IMG/VR virus record: IMGVR_UViG_3300004369_000011
Span: 1-64,000 of that record
Source: a virus
Direction: 5' to 3' (one strand)
DNA length: 64,000 bases
Numbering within the stretch: the stretch's first letter is position 1; every line of letters starts with the position of its first letter. The translations under genes were made by a program, and so were the position numbers. This document shows, piece by piece, positions 19,177 through 28,366 of this stretch. The notes beneath the pieces are model-generated. The model made no database searches, was not told the origin of the DNA, and saw only the letters and a list, made by a program, of their open reading frames with translations.

Positions 19177-19478
19177 TGAGTAAGCTCGGACGTTCCAATG
19201 TCGATAGACGTATTGGCCGTCAACTTGGAAAACGTCTGCGTCATGTAGAAAAAGAGCCCCGTCAGTTTCGACTAGCGGGAGCTTTGTTTAACACTGGGCC
19301 TGCAGAGGTAGCCCAGAAACGAGCACGCCAAGCAAAAAGAAAAGCACAACAAATTAATCCTGTTGGTTTAGGTTTTGCTTCGCGTGATACTTACGGACCA
19401 GACGATAATTGGGATGTTGTTAAATCACTCAATAGTATATCCTACCAAGATTACTATACAGCTCAGCAAACTTACTAA
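19176..19478 (+). CDS. basic hypothetical protein with RLAG motif
   Basis: TGATG translational coupling to the previous gene. Confidence 0.55.
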   Translation: MSKLGRSNVDRRIGRQLGKRLRHVEKEPRQFRLAGALFNTGPAEVAQKRARQAKRKAQQINPVGLGFASRDTYGPDDNWDVVKSLNSISYQDYYTAQQTY

Positions 19479-20007
19479 CTTGTTTTTCTTGCTCTGTGAG
19501 TGATGGTAAATACAAAATAAATCCAAAAACTTTTGCGTGTTTTAAAGGAGTTAATTCGGGTTCGTCTATTAGTAATTTTGGACGTTCTTTTAAGATACAC
19601 ATAGGAAAATCCAATCCAAGTTTTTGCGTAACAATTAATGCAACCTCTGAAGAGGTTAAAAAAATAATTGCTTGATCAAATTCTTTTCTTAGCCATTTGT
19701 GGTAGGCCAATTCAAGCCAAACACGTTGACTAGATTTACGAAATTGCCTGATTTTAGTAAACAACCTTGTATCTTTAGGTTGTTCACTTTTTAAACTAAA
19801 ATCTCTAGGTGGGTACAAATAAATGTTTTTAGCTTTCCATGTCTGAGTTAAGCCATTATTTTGCCAAGTAAAGTACCTAGTTGCTTGAACTACTTGGTTA
19901 GCGTGCTCGCTTGAGGCCGGATCTAGATCAATTTCTCCACCAAAAAATGCAGCTGTCGTGGCTACAACTTCAGGGGGAGATACAAAGTCTCTAGAAGATA
20001 AGACCAT
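19429..20007 (-). CDS. phage N6-adenine methyltransferase-like protein with degenerate catalytic motif
   Basis: IDLDPASS..AN..V.A.RYFT..NGL...W; YPPR where NPPY is expected. Confidence 0.6.
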   Translation of the reverse strand: MVLSSRDFVSPPEVVATTAAFFGGEIDLDPASSEHANQVVQATRYFTWQNNGLTQTWKAKNIYLYPPRDFSLKSEQPKDTRLFTKIRQFRKSSQRVWLELAYHKWLRKEFDQAIIFLTSSEVALIVTQKLGLDFPMCILKERPKLLIDEPELTPLKHAKVFGFILYLPSLTEQEKQVSKFAELYSNLGRIYY

Positions 20008-20410
20008 TAGCCATTTCGTCGATACGCTGATTAACCTCTTTCGGATCCAAAATGTGCACAGCAATACCCGTCGACTGAACCATCGCTACAAGCGCTAAAT
20101 CTGATTTACTTTCTTTTTCGACAAGTTTAATAATTTTTTGAAGGCTGTCGGCTAGTTCTGTATTCAATTGTTCTTGAGCAATAGAAATATCATCTTCTAT
20201 GTCAGAAACTGTAACGTAACGGCTTTTTTCAGGTTCTTCAGGATTAAACGCAAGAATTCCTTTGCCTTTTATTTTTTTGTTTTCAAAGTACAAACGAGTA
20301 ATGTCAGACAAAATAGTTCGCAAAACACCCGCAGCCATTCGATTTTCAATTTCGCTGCCTTTAAACAGCTGTTTAGCTAGTGCAGCCGTTTTTTTACTGA
20401 AATTAAACAT
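19991..20410 (-). CDS. hypothetical protein
   Basis: 139-aa ORF in a tightly packed - strand operon. Confidence 0.6.
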   Translation of the reverse strand: MFNFSKKTAALAKQLFKGSEIENRMAAGVLRTILSDITRLYFENKKIKGKGILAFNPEEPEKSRYVTVSDIEDDISIAQEQLNTELADSLQKIIKLVEKESKSDLALVAMVQSTGIAVHILDPKEVNQRIDEMANGLIF

Positions 20411-20720
20411 TTTTAAAGTTCTCCCAAGCGGAGTTTAAGATTGCGTAAGGGTCGTACAAGAATTTAGAGCTGTTTCGCTCATTTGGATCAAGCCTACAGA
20501 AGTGTTTACCTTCGATAATGCCGTAATCCCCGCCTGAAGCAAGTCCTTGGTGTATAAGCTTGTCCAACGCTACGGTGGGCACAGATAAACGTTGACAGAT
20601 AACCCGTTTAGTAACAAACGCCGTGGTCCGGTTTTGACTTTTGTTGGCGATGAGTTGAAGAGAAACATCAATGCTCTCTAAAACGTTTTTAATGTCTTTA
20701 AGTTCTTTTTGAGGGTCCAT
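20403..20720 (-). CDS. hypothetical protein, possible HTH
   Basis: FVTKRVICQRLSVPTVALDKLI resembles an HTH. Confidence 0.55.
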   Translation of the reverse strand: MDPQKELKDIKNVLESIDVSLQLIANKSQNRTTAFVTKRVICQRLSVPTVALDKLIHQGLASGGDYGIIEGKHFCRLDPNERNSSKFLYDPYAILNSAWENFKNV

Positions 20721-20849
20721 CGAAAAATAAGGGGCTCCCCATTGACCACCTGGTACCAGGCAGGCTGGGCGATTTACAGCGGACCAGAAAGCGCGAAAAT
20801 GGATCCCGCACCCCTAGTGCCAGCGAGGCGCTTCTTACACGCTGACGTT

Positions 20850-21347
20850 TTACTTTAGAAGACGAGAGGCGTGGTGCTCGAAGTCGTCTGAATCCTCTAT
20901 CAACAGCTCGATTAGCTTACAGAGTTTCTGGTCTGTGTCAACCTGTTCTGGTGTGTTCTTAATTAGCCAGTATTTATAGGCATTTAGAAGGTAGAAGTGA
21001 GTCTGTTTAGCTCGTAGAGCCTGTACTTTCCATTTTTCGTAGTCAAAACTCGATTGGTGACGGCTGTTACCCGTATGTAGCTCTAATTCTCTAATTTCTA
21101 CTTGAAGTTCAATATCTTTAATGGTGTACTCCAGAGCAGACACCTTGGCCCGACACTCCTGACTAGACGTAGGAGGTTCGTTGTCGTTGTAAATCCAAGG
21201 GGGTAGGTTCTCGATTACATACTCAGCGTCCCAGAGGCAAGGCTTTGCCGCTGAATTTTTATCACTCGTATAAGTCATTAAGAATGTCTTTAACAAATTT
21301 GTTGTGGTGACCATTGACGGCGTACAGAACGTGCGCCTCAAATTCAA
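20850..21347 (-). CDS. coiled-coil hypothetical protein (true start probably internal)
   Basis: ORF track; heptad-rich. Confidence 0.55.
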   Translation of the reverse strand: MNLRRTFCTPSMVTTTNLLKTFLMTYTSDKNSAAKPCLWDAEYVIENLPPWIYNDNEPPTSSQECRAKVSALEYTIKDIELQVEIRELELHTGNSRHQSSFDYEKWKVQALRAKQTHFYLLNAYKYWLIKNTPEQVDTDQKLCKLIELLIEDSDDFEHHASRLLK

Positions 21348-21684
21348 CTCGGTTAACTAAATCGAGTTTTTGTAGCCGCTTAAGCTGAGATCTCGTGGTA
21401 GTTACAGACTGCCCAAGGGCTTCTGAAATCTGAGTGATCTCGGCGGGCTGCATAGACTGTAGCTCATAGATCAAGTACCTGAGCTTTTGGATTTTGAGAT
21501 TTCGCTTCTTATTAGTTGTACGGACCTCAGTGATAGTTTTAAAGAGTGCTGATCTAGCAAGAGCTGCTGAATCGCTTTTGATGGCACTCCTTTGTCCGTT
21601 AGCCGGAGAATAAGTTGTCGAGACGCCTCGGAAACTTTTTGAGCCGGGCTTTTGGAGACCCACAGGTGGTAGGGATTTATGCAC
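21262..21684 (-). CDS. winged-helix DNA-binding protein (true start probably internal)
   Basis: AEITQISEALGQSVTTTRSQLKRLQKLDLVNR. Confidence 0.6.
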   Translation of the reverse strand: MHKSLPPVGLQKPGSKSFRGVSTTYSPANGQRSAIKSDSAALARSALFKTITEVRTTNKKRNLKIQKLRYLIYELQSMQPAEITQISEALGQSVTTTRSQLKRLQKLDLVNRVEFEAHVLYAVNGHHNKFVKDILNDLYE

Positions 21685-22340
21685 GACCTATCTAAGCACT
21701 TCACCAGAACACAATTTCCAGATCCAACAGGTTTTCTCCAAAATTGCTCGTAAACAAACCTGCGAGTACGCATGTTTTTATCTTCTTCACTCATCCTGCA
21801 AAACCCGTGATCCGCAGGAAGATACAAGTGTTGCTCTGTATCGATACAGTTGCGATAACGCGCAAGCCAAGCTGCTAGGCGCCCTGACTTCCCTCTTGCA
21901 CTCTTGTCCTCCTCCTGGCAAATCTCGCAAGCCTGCAGTCCTACGGGGAGTCGGATCCTCCTCAGGTCCTCTGCGGCGACCAATAGGGGTGCAGAGCGCC
22001 CACAGCGGCAAACCCAGCTAGACGCCTCTGAGTGGTGAACGACGGCCCAATGACCTCTGATTTCTTGGTCCAGAACGACCCCCGTGGGTTCCGTAGGGAT
22101 TTTCGGTTCGAGTAGCCCCAAGTGAATCAGGGACCTTCGGGGGTCAAATCGAGGCGGAAACAAGGATTTTAGTCGTCTTGGAGCTGAGTCTAGCGCACAG
22201 AACGCACAGAATGGGTAGCTTCCCCAACTTTGCTTAGGAATCTTTCTTTTTTTCAATAACGAGACTGACAACCGATTTTCGCTGTAGTCCCCCCTCTTTA
22301 AATAAATTCCGTATCGCAGCGCAAAAATGTTTTTTGGCAT
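21471..22340 (-). CDS. Zn-loop/HNH-like protein with C-terminal HTH (N-terminal part of ORF doubtful)
   Basis: RRFVYEQF...C....CINPYHL; CxC and CxxC motifs. Confidence 0.5.
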   Translation of the reverse strand: MPKNIFALRYGIYLKRGDYSENRLSVSLLKKRKIPKQSWGSYPFCAFCALDSAPRRLKSLFPPRFDPRRSLIHLGLLEPKIPTEPTGVVLDQEIRGHWAVVHHSEASSWVCRCGRSAPLLVAAEDLRRIRLPVGLQACEICQEEDKSARGKSGRLAAWLARYRNCIDTEQHLYLPADHGFCRMSEEDKNMRTRRFVYEQFWRKPVGSGNCVLVKCLDRSCINPYHLWVSKSPAQKVSEASRQLILRLTDKGVPSKAIQQLLLDQHSLKLSLRSVQLIRSEISKSKSSGT

Positions 22341-22508
22341 ACGTATATTAGATATAATTTTCTACAAACTTAAATAACCACCTACAGCGAAATTCCCGTG
22401 CCAAATAGCATTTCAAGGCACTTTTTTTAAGACGCAGCGCATCAGAAACCGTGGCGATTGCAGTGTGCGTAATCTCTTGTTAAACTCCTAGCAACCGTAC
22501 GGAGTTTT

Positions 22509-22679
22509 ATGTCTACTACAGACGACCAGTTCGTAGAAGAGATTTCCTGGGAAGTATTAAGACAGCTAGCTACGCAACTTAATGTGCCTGCTTGGCAGTT
22601 GGCTGAGGACAGTGCTTTTCATATTCGCAATGGTGACCTTGCGCTTAAAGATAAAAAACGACGGGCTGCTATTCATTAA
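22509..22679 (+). CDS. small hypothetical protein, not in ORF track (MSTTDDQFVEEISWEV...)
   Basis: GGAG RBS at 22501; 56 aa. Confidence 0.5.
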   Translation: MSTTDDQFVEEISWEVLRQLATQLNVPAWQLAEDSAFHIRNGDLALKDKKRRAAIH

Positions 22680-22752
22680 CTCTTGACGAAACTTTAATTT
22701 TTTGGGTTCAGTCAGTTAAACTGGGTCTTACGGGAGGGTGCGTGTAACCTAA

Positions 22753-24150
22753 ATGGAGCTTAATTCGCCACCTTGCCTTACGCACGGTTCACTCCCTCGG
22801 GCTTTACACAGTGACAATTTCGAAGGAATTGTTACCGTCATTGAACACATTATCGAAACGGTAAGCGGCGTGGGAACACTCAGCTATTCACGGTGCCCTT
22901 ACGGGTATCCATATAATTTTGAAGGTGTTGTTCGAGCACTAGAAGATTTAAATGTCAGTATTAGTGGCATAGATCTTGGGTTTCCTGACCCCATTGGCAG
23001 CGGTATTGTCGGCGGATCTGGGATTTACGTCGAGTTCAGTGGTGGTTACGGCATTATTGAGAGCCAAATTACTCAGGTTTTGCCTGGTTCTGGCGTAACT
23101 CCTGTTTATAGTGGGGCAAGCACTGTTTTTGATGTAAATCTTCTTGGTTTTGCAGGTGTTGATGTTGTTTATAGTGGCACGTATATTCAAGTGTCGGGTA
23201 CTAAAGATCAAGCTGTAGCCGTTGTAAGTGGTTTAGTTGGAGGAGAAGGTATAACCATTATTGCCAGTGGAGACACTGCTGTTGTTTCTACCGATTTAAT
23301 TGGACAAGGATCTGTAAATTTTTTATACGACGGCATGGGTGTCGGCGTTATTTCTGGACAAGCTCAACAACTTTTAGTCGCAGGGTCGGGCAGTAGTGTC
23401 CGCTCTAGTGGTGACTATCAAATTATTGACATTGGGGTTCTTGGAGGCGGGTTAACAGACGTCGTTTACTCGGGTTCTTTTGTAACAATTGACGGCGGGT
23501 CTGCTTTAGTTGCAGGGTCTGGTACCAGTGTTCGCACAAGCGGTGATTATCAAATAGTAGATATTGGTATTCAAGCCGGATCTAATATGACCGTTATTTA
23601 TTCAGGGCAATTTGTTGGTTTAGCTAGTTCGGCTAGTGCTGGTTCCGCTGTAGTTACCGTGTCCGGTGATCCTGGATTTAACTACATTGGCGGTTCGCTT
23701 TGGTTTGATACCGATCAAGGGCGTCTATTTATATATGCCTCTGGCAACGGTGTGGACGAGCCCGATTGGTATGTAGCTAATGCCGAGTCGTTCGCAATTA
23801 AGAGTGAAGTGCCCCCGTCTGGAACCGGCGGCTTTAATGCCCCTCCTTTAGATGGAACGCTTTGGTTTAACACTCTTATGGGTTCATTGTTTATATATGA
23901 TTTAACTACAAGTGGTTGGTATGAATCAGCTGCGTCCAGAACTCCAGTATATGGAGATGCAGCTCCAGTTACAGCAGTAGATGGTACTCTATGGACAGAT
24001 TCTACAAATAACATTATTCGTGTATGGGATGGCAACCTGTGGGCGGACGTCACTGCTAGCGGCAGTCCTTTTGTACCACCCCCCACACCTTCTGGTTTGG
24101 ATGCTGAAGGTGCAGAAGAAGTTATTGGCTTAATCATGAGTCTCAGCTAA
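22753..24150 (+). CDS. tail fibre/spike protein
   Basis: G/S/V-rich beta repeats (AGSG.SV..SG), three G.LW.D/N modules, C-terminal IGLIMSLS. Confidence 0.65.
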   Translation: MELNSPPCLTHGSLPRALHSDNFEGIVTVIEHIIETVSGVGTLSYSRCPYGYPYNFEGVVRALEDLNVSISGIDLGFPDPIGSGIVGGSGIYVEFSGGYGIIESQITQVLPGSGVTPVYSGASTVFDVNLLGFAGVDVVYSGTYIQVSGTKDQAVAVVSGLVGGEGITIIASGDTAVVSTDLIGQGSVNFLYDGMGVGVISGQAQQLLVAGSGSSVRSSGDYQIIDIGVLGGGLTDVVYSGSFVTIDGGSALVAGSGTSVRTSGDYQIVDIGIQAGSNMTVIYSGQFVGLASSASAGSAVVTVSGDPGFNYIGGSLWFDTDQGRLFIYASGNGVDEPDWYVANAESFAIKSEVPPSGTGGFNAPPLDGTLWFNTLMGSLFIYDLTTSGWYESAASRTPVYGDAAPVTAVDGTLWTDSTNNIIRVWDGNLWADVTASGSPFVPPPTPSGLDAEGAEEVIGLIMSLS

Positions 24151-24177
24151 TCTTTTAGGGCACTTCATCAGACTCCC

Positions 24178-24297
24178 ATGGCCAAACCAAAAAATGTTCA
24201 GCAAATTGAGCTAAAGTGTAAAAAAACAAACCAAGGGGACGGGCGTCACAGTAAACCGTCTCACGGGCGTAAATTGTCTAGAGGGCAGGGACGCTAA
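24178..24297 (+). CDS. small basic cyanophage-type protein (KKTNQGDGRHSKPSHGRKLSRGQGR)
   Basis: 39-aa ORF read by hand; recognisable RGQGR-ending family. Confidence 0.6.
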   Translation: MAKPKNVQQIELKCKKTNQGDGRHSKPSHGRKLSRGQGR

Positions 24298-24324
24298 ACT
24301 TAGTAATTAAACTACGGAGTAGTC

Positions 24325-24717
24325 GTGCTTTTATCTTTTATTGCCGAAGAGGCTCTTGTTCAGGGTGAACCTGTAACAATTAGCACAACTGTTTCTGGTC
24401 AAATAATTTCCTTAAACTCGACCACTCCTCGTGGAGCCACAGCTATCGGCGTTTCTTTGGATACGCTCTCAAGTGGGGCTCTCTGTCGGGTAGCTCCCGA
24501 TGGGACAGCTCCTATATATTCTTCTTTAGTTCCTGGAACTACATACTTCGCCAGTACTAGCGGAAACTACTTAGTTGACTATCCACAATTTGTTACTGAG
24601 TTTAATCAACTTGGTTTTTCTAATATTTATCTAACGCAAATAGGAATTTCTCTTACCCCTTCAATTTTAAAAATTTCAACTGCAGAACCTAAACTAGTGG
24701 TTAGTGGTTTCCTCTGA
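24325..24717 (+). CDS. putative structural protein
   Basis: AEEALVQGEPV...AIGV..LVPGTTYF; paralog-like to the next gene. Confidence 0.5.
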   Translation: MLLSFIAEEALVQGEPVTISTTVSGQIISLNSTTPRGATAIGVSLDTLSSGALCRVAPDGTAPIYSSLVPGTTYFASTSGNYLVDYPQFVTEFNQLGFSNIYLTQIGISLTPSILKISTAEPKLVVSGFL

Positions 24718-24753
24718 TAACGTGTAGAATAAAAATATTACAAGGCTACACCC

Positions 24754-25269
24754 GTGGCGAGTAAGTCGATTTTTAATCGAAATTACACCAGCTATCAAGC
24801 TGACGGCACTATAGTCTATCTTGCTAATGGTCGTGGGGTAGTTACTAATCCAACTCCAGAAGTAACATTAACTGCAGGCGCTAATCTTATAGGAGGAGAG
24901 TGTCTATATGCTAGCGGCGCTTTTGTTGTGCCTACCGCAGCATTAAGTGGTCTTGATACTTCTCATTTTTCCGCCATAGGTTTTGCAACTGAGGCTGCAA
25001 TTAACAATAATCCTGTTGTAGTTAATTTAGATGGTGTAATTACTTTAAATTCTGCAAATATTTCCGCCGAATCTGCGTTAATTCCTGGTGAGTATTATTA
25101 TGTTTCAAAATTTCAAGGTCAAATTACTAGATTCACAACGACTTCTGGCTCAGTTACTGGTTCAGGTTCCGATGCTTACGCAGCAGCTGTTACCGTGGGT
25201 GTTGCTTTAACTTCAAATCTCTTAAGTATTGAAATTGCAACTCCAGTTCTTCTTTATAATGGAGGCTAG
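24754..25269 (+). CDS. putative structural protein
   Basis: AGANL.GGE..AIGF..LIPGEYYY..VGVAL. Confidence 0.5.
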   Translation: MASKSIFNRNYTSYQADGTIVYLANGRGVVTNPTPEVTLTAGANLIGGECLYASGAFVVPTAALSGLDTSHFSAIGFATEAAINNNPVVVNLDGVITLNSANISAESALIPGEYYYVSKFQGQITRFTTTSGSVTGSGSDAYAAAVTVGVALTSNLLSIEIATPVLLYNGG

Positions 25270-25280
25270 AGGTAAAAATT

Positions 25281-26792
25281 ATGGTTATTCGGAGACCGAT
25301 AGTCTTAGTCAGTGGTGCACTTGCTGAGCTTCCATTTGGCGACAGCATTATTACCACGGCTTCAGGAGGAACCCTTGTTGCCGGAAGTGGTCTTGCCGGT
25401 GGCGGCAATACTGATTCAACTATTCGTTTAGATGTAGCTTTAGCCGCGCAACCCAGCGGTTTAATTTTTGTCGGCTCTAATTTAAGTGTAGACGGAGCGG
25501 CAGCTCGAAAAGCTCAAGAGGCACTCGCCTCAGGTAATGATGCTTTATTAGATGCTTCTTTTGCTCTTGCGTCAGGTAATGCCGGTCTTCTAGAGGCTAG
25601 TAAAGCTTTAGCATCGGGTAATGCAGCATTAGTTGATTCTGTCACAGCTCAAGCTTCTGGTAATGCGGCTTTATTTATTGCAAGTAGTGCTTTAGCTTCG
25701 GGCGTTAATGCACAAGAAATTGGAGTTAGTGCGCTAGCTTCAGGTAATGCGGCTATTTTTGACGCTTTCGTAGCGCTTGCTTCTGGTAACGCTGCTTTAT
25801 CTTTATCTTCAACAGCTTTAGCTTCTGGTAATGCCGGATTAACTAACTCTGTTGTTGCTCTTGCTTCGGGTAATGCTGCTCTTGCCCTGTCTAGTACCGC
25901 ACTTGCATCCGGAAACGCTTCTTTAACTGTTGCTGACATTGCTTTATCTTCTGGGAATGCAAGTTTAGTAGTAGCTGTTTCAGCTTTAGCGTCAGGAAAC
26001 GCAGGGCTGGCAAACTCAGCTGTTGCTCTTGCTTCGGGTAACGCTTCGTTATCGGTTTCAGTCTCCGCATTAGCTTCTGGGAATGCAGCTCTTAATGTCT
26101 CAACCACAGCACTTGCTTCCGGTAATGCTGCCTTAACAGATGCAGAGGTAGCATTAGCCTCAGGTAACGCCGCTATTGTTTTATCTAATACTGCGTTAGC
26201 CTCTGGCCAGATAGCTCTTGATATAGCTAACACAGCCTTAGCTTCTGGTCTAGCAGCCGATAATAAAGCTAACACTGCTTTAGCTTCAGGTAATGCTGGA
26301 ATTATCATAGCTTTAGCTGCACTTGCCTCCGGTAACGCATCTCTTAGTACGGCTGCTCAAGCACTTGCTTCCGGTAACGCTGCCTTAATAGGTGCAGAAG
26401 TAGCATTAGCCTCGGGTAATGCGGGCATTTTTCTCGCTGTCGATGCACTTGCCTCCGGAAATAGTGCTTTAACACTCGGAGCAGTAGCACTTGCTTCTGG
26501 TAACGCAGGTTTAAATCTCGCATCAGCTGCTCTTGCCTCCGGTAACTCAGCTTTAGTTTTAGCTAATACTGCTTTATCGTCTGGAAATGCCGCTCTTAGT
26601 GTCGGCAATGTAGCTCTTGCCTCGGGCAACGCTTCTTTACTTGTTTCAACCAGTGCTCTAGCCTCTGGTAATGCCGCATTGTTCGTGGCTCCTCAAGCTC
26701 AAGCATCTGGAAACGCCGCCTTAGCGCTTTACTTTGCTAATCCTGGTTTATCTGAAGGGGATGCGATTGGTTTAATAATCGCTTTATCTTGA
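25281..26792 (+). CDS. tail-fibre shaft protein with ~14-aa ALASGNA repeats
   Basis: about 30 repeats; C-terminal IGLIIALS. Confidence 0.65.
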   Translation: MVIRRPIVLVSGALAELPFGDSIITTASGGTLVAGSGLAGGGNTDSTIRLDVALAAQPSGLIFVGSNLSVDGAAARKAQEALASGNDALLDASFALASGNAGLLEASKALASGNAALVDSVTAQASGNAALFIASSALASGVNAQEIGVSALASGNAAIFDAFVALASGNAALSLSSTALASGNAGLTNSVVALASGNAALALSSTALASGNASLTVADIALSSGNASLVVAVSALASGNAGLANSAVALASGNASLSVSVSALASGNAALNVSTTALASGNAALTDAEVALASGNAAIVLSNTALASGQIALDIANTALASGLAADNKANTALASGNAGIIIALAALASGNASLSTAAQALASGNAALIGAEVALASGNAGIFLAVDALASGNSALTLGAVALASGNAGLNLASAALASGNSALVLANTALSSGNAALSVGNVALASGNASLLVSTSALASGNAALFVAPQAQASGNAALALYFANPGLSEGDAIGLIIALS

Positions 26793-26793
26793 T

Positions 26794-28302
26794 ATGACTT
26801 CTAGACGCGGCCTTATCTATTCCGGCGGTTTTATTAGTGAAGCGTCGGATCAAGATGTTATACCTATTGTCGGTGATTTAATTGCCGGTAGTGGACTTGG
26901 AAATCGATTATTTTCGCTTGGGCAAAATGATTTTGTTCAAATACTTGTCTCAGCACAATCTTCAGGATTAATTTATACACCTGAGGGTACTTTAAGTCTA
27001 GACGGATCCGATATAAATCTTTCTGAACGAGCATTTGCTTCGGGTAATGCGGCTATTGTTTTGGCTGATACCTCTGTGGCTTCCGGAGACGCCGCAAATT
27101 TTTTAAGTAAGGAAGCACTAGCTTCAGGTAATGCCGCTCTTGTAACAGCTTTTGATGCTTTTAATACTTCTCAAACGGCTGTAGCGTTAACTTTTATAGC
27201 ACAAGCTTCAGGAAACGCTGCTCTTCTTTCAACTCAAGAGGCTTTAAGTTCTGGAAATTTAGCATTGAATGACACCTTTGCTGCGGTGTCTTCTGGAAAT
27301 TTTGCTGTACAAGCTGCGAACACTGCGGCCCTGTCGGGGTCTCAAGCAGTATTTATTGCAGATTCTGCTCAAACTTCCGGAAATGCGGCTTTATTTGATT
27401 TAACCGCTGCTATTGCATCTGGAGCTTTTGCAGTTTTTGTTTCAAATACAGCTGTTTCAAGTGGAGTCGAAGCAGTTCTTATTGCCTCATCCGCTTCTGC
27501 CTCCGGTGTCGAAGCAATTTTAGCTTCACAACAATCTTTACAAGCAGCTAATGCTGCTTTAATTCAAGCAAATGTTGCATTTGCTTCTGGTAATTTAGCG
27601 GTGGAAGCTTCCGCTTTTGCCGTTGCTTCGGGCAACGCAGCTTTAAACGCTTCTTTTACAGCACAAGCCTCCGGCAACGCGGCGGTAACCAATTCAGTGC
27701 TTGCGGTAGATAAATCTACAGACGCTACGGGAAAAGCCGTATTTGTGCATATTGTTAGTGATGATGCAGTTGAGACAAGTCAAAAAGCACTAGCTTCTGG
27801 TGCTGCTGTACCGCCAATTTCTACAGCGGCAATCGCGTCTGGTCAAGCTTCTTATGCTTTTTCCTCTGCAGCACAAGCTTCCGGAAACGCAGCTTTGCTA
27901 GTTATACCTAATGCGCAAGCATCTGGTAATGTTTCTATTTTTAATTCGTTACAAGCTTTATCTTCGGGTAATGCCTCTTTATCTGCTGTTTTTACTGCTC
28001 AACTATCGGGTAATGCAGCTTTATCTCTAGCTTCTACTGCATTTAGTTCTGGTAATTTTTCTATCGGAGCTTCCTTAACAGCGTTAGCTTCTGGTAACGA
28101 GGCAGTACTTTATTCTAGTACTGCTCAATTAAATTCCAATCAAGCTATTTCTTCTGGTTTGTACGTTACTTTATCCGGTAATGAGGCGTTGAGCGACAGC
28201 GTGGAGGCCTTAGCTTCTGGGAACGCAGCTTTAGAGTTAATTGCGGGCAACCCTCCTATTAACGCAGATAGCATACTAGGTTTAGTATTTGCGATAAGTT
28301 GA
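26794..28302 (+). CDS. paralogous ALASGNA-repeat tail-fibre protein
   Basis: same length, N-terminal architecture and repeat period; C-terminal LGLVFAIS. Confidence 0.65.
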   Translation: MTSRRGLIYSGGFISEASDQDVIPIVGDLIAGSGLGNRLFSLGQNDFVQILVSAQSSGLIYTPEGTLSLDGSDINLSERAFASGNAAIVLADTSVASGDAANFLSKEALASGNAALVTAFDAFNTSQTAVALTFIAQASGNAALLSTQEALSSGNLALNDTFAAVSSGNFAVQAANTAALSGSQAVFIADSAQTSGNAALFDLTAAIASGAFAVFVSNTAVSSGVEAVLIASSASASGVEAILASQQSLQAANAALIQANVAFASGNLAVEASAFAVASGNAALNASFTAQASGNAAVTNSVLAVDKSTDATGKAVFVHIVSDDAVETSQKALASGAAVPPISTAAIASGQASYAFSSAAQASGNAALLVIPNAQASGNVSIFNSLQALSSGNASLSAVFTAQLSGNAALSLASTAFSSGNFSIGASLTALASGNEAVLYSSTAQLNSNQAISSGLYVTLSGNEALSDSVEALASGNAALELIAGNPPINADSILGLVFAIS

Positions 28303-28366
28303 CCCGAATGGTTGAGCTTTATAACGGCACACGGAGAGACCTGACGCAAGCGTGGTTGAGGAGACT

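Noticed and set aside
25649-26629. Antisense ORFs with ALPEA repeats
   Set aside because: Mirror translation of the ALASGNA repeat genes.
25500-28230. 42-bp periodic GC(T/C)TC(T/A)GG(T/A)AA(T/C)GC motif resembling a CRISPR array or DGR repeats
   Set aside because: Variation is at synonymous positions within long ORFs; no cas gene or reverse transcriptase is present.
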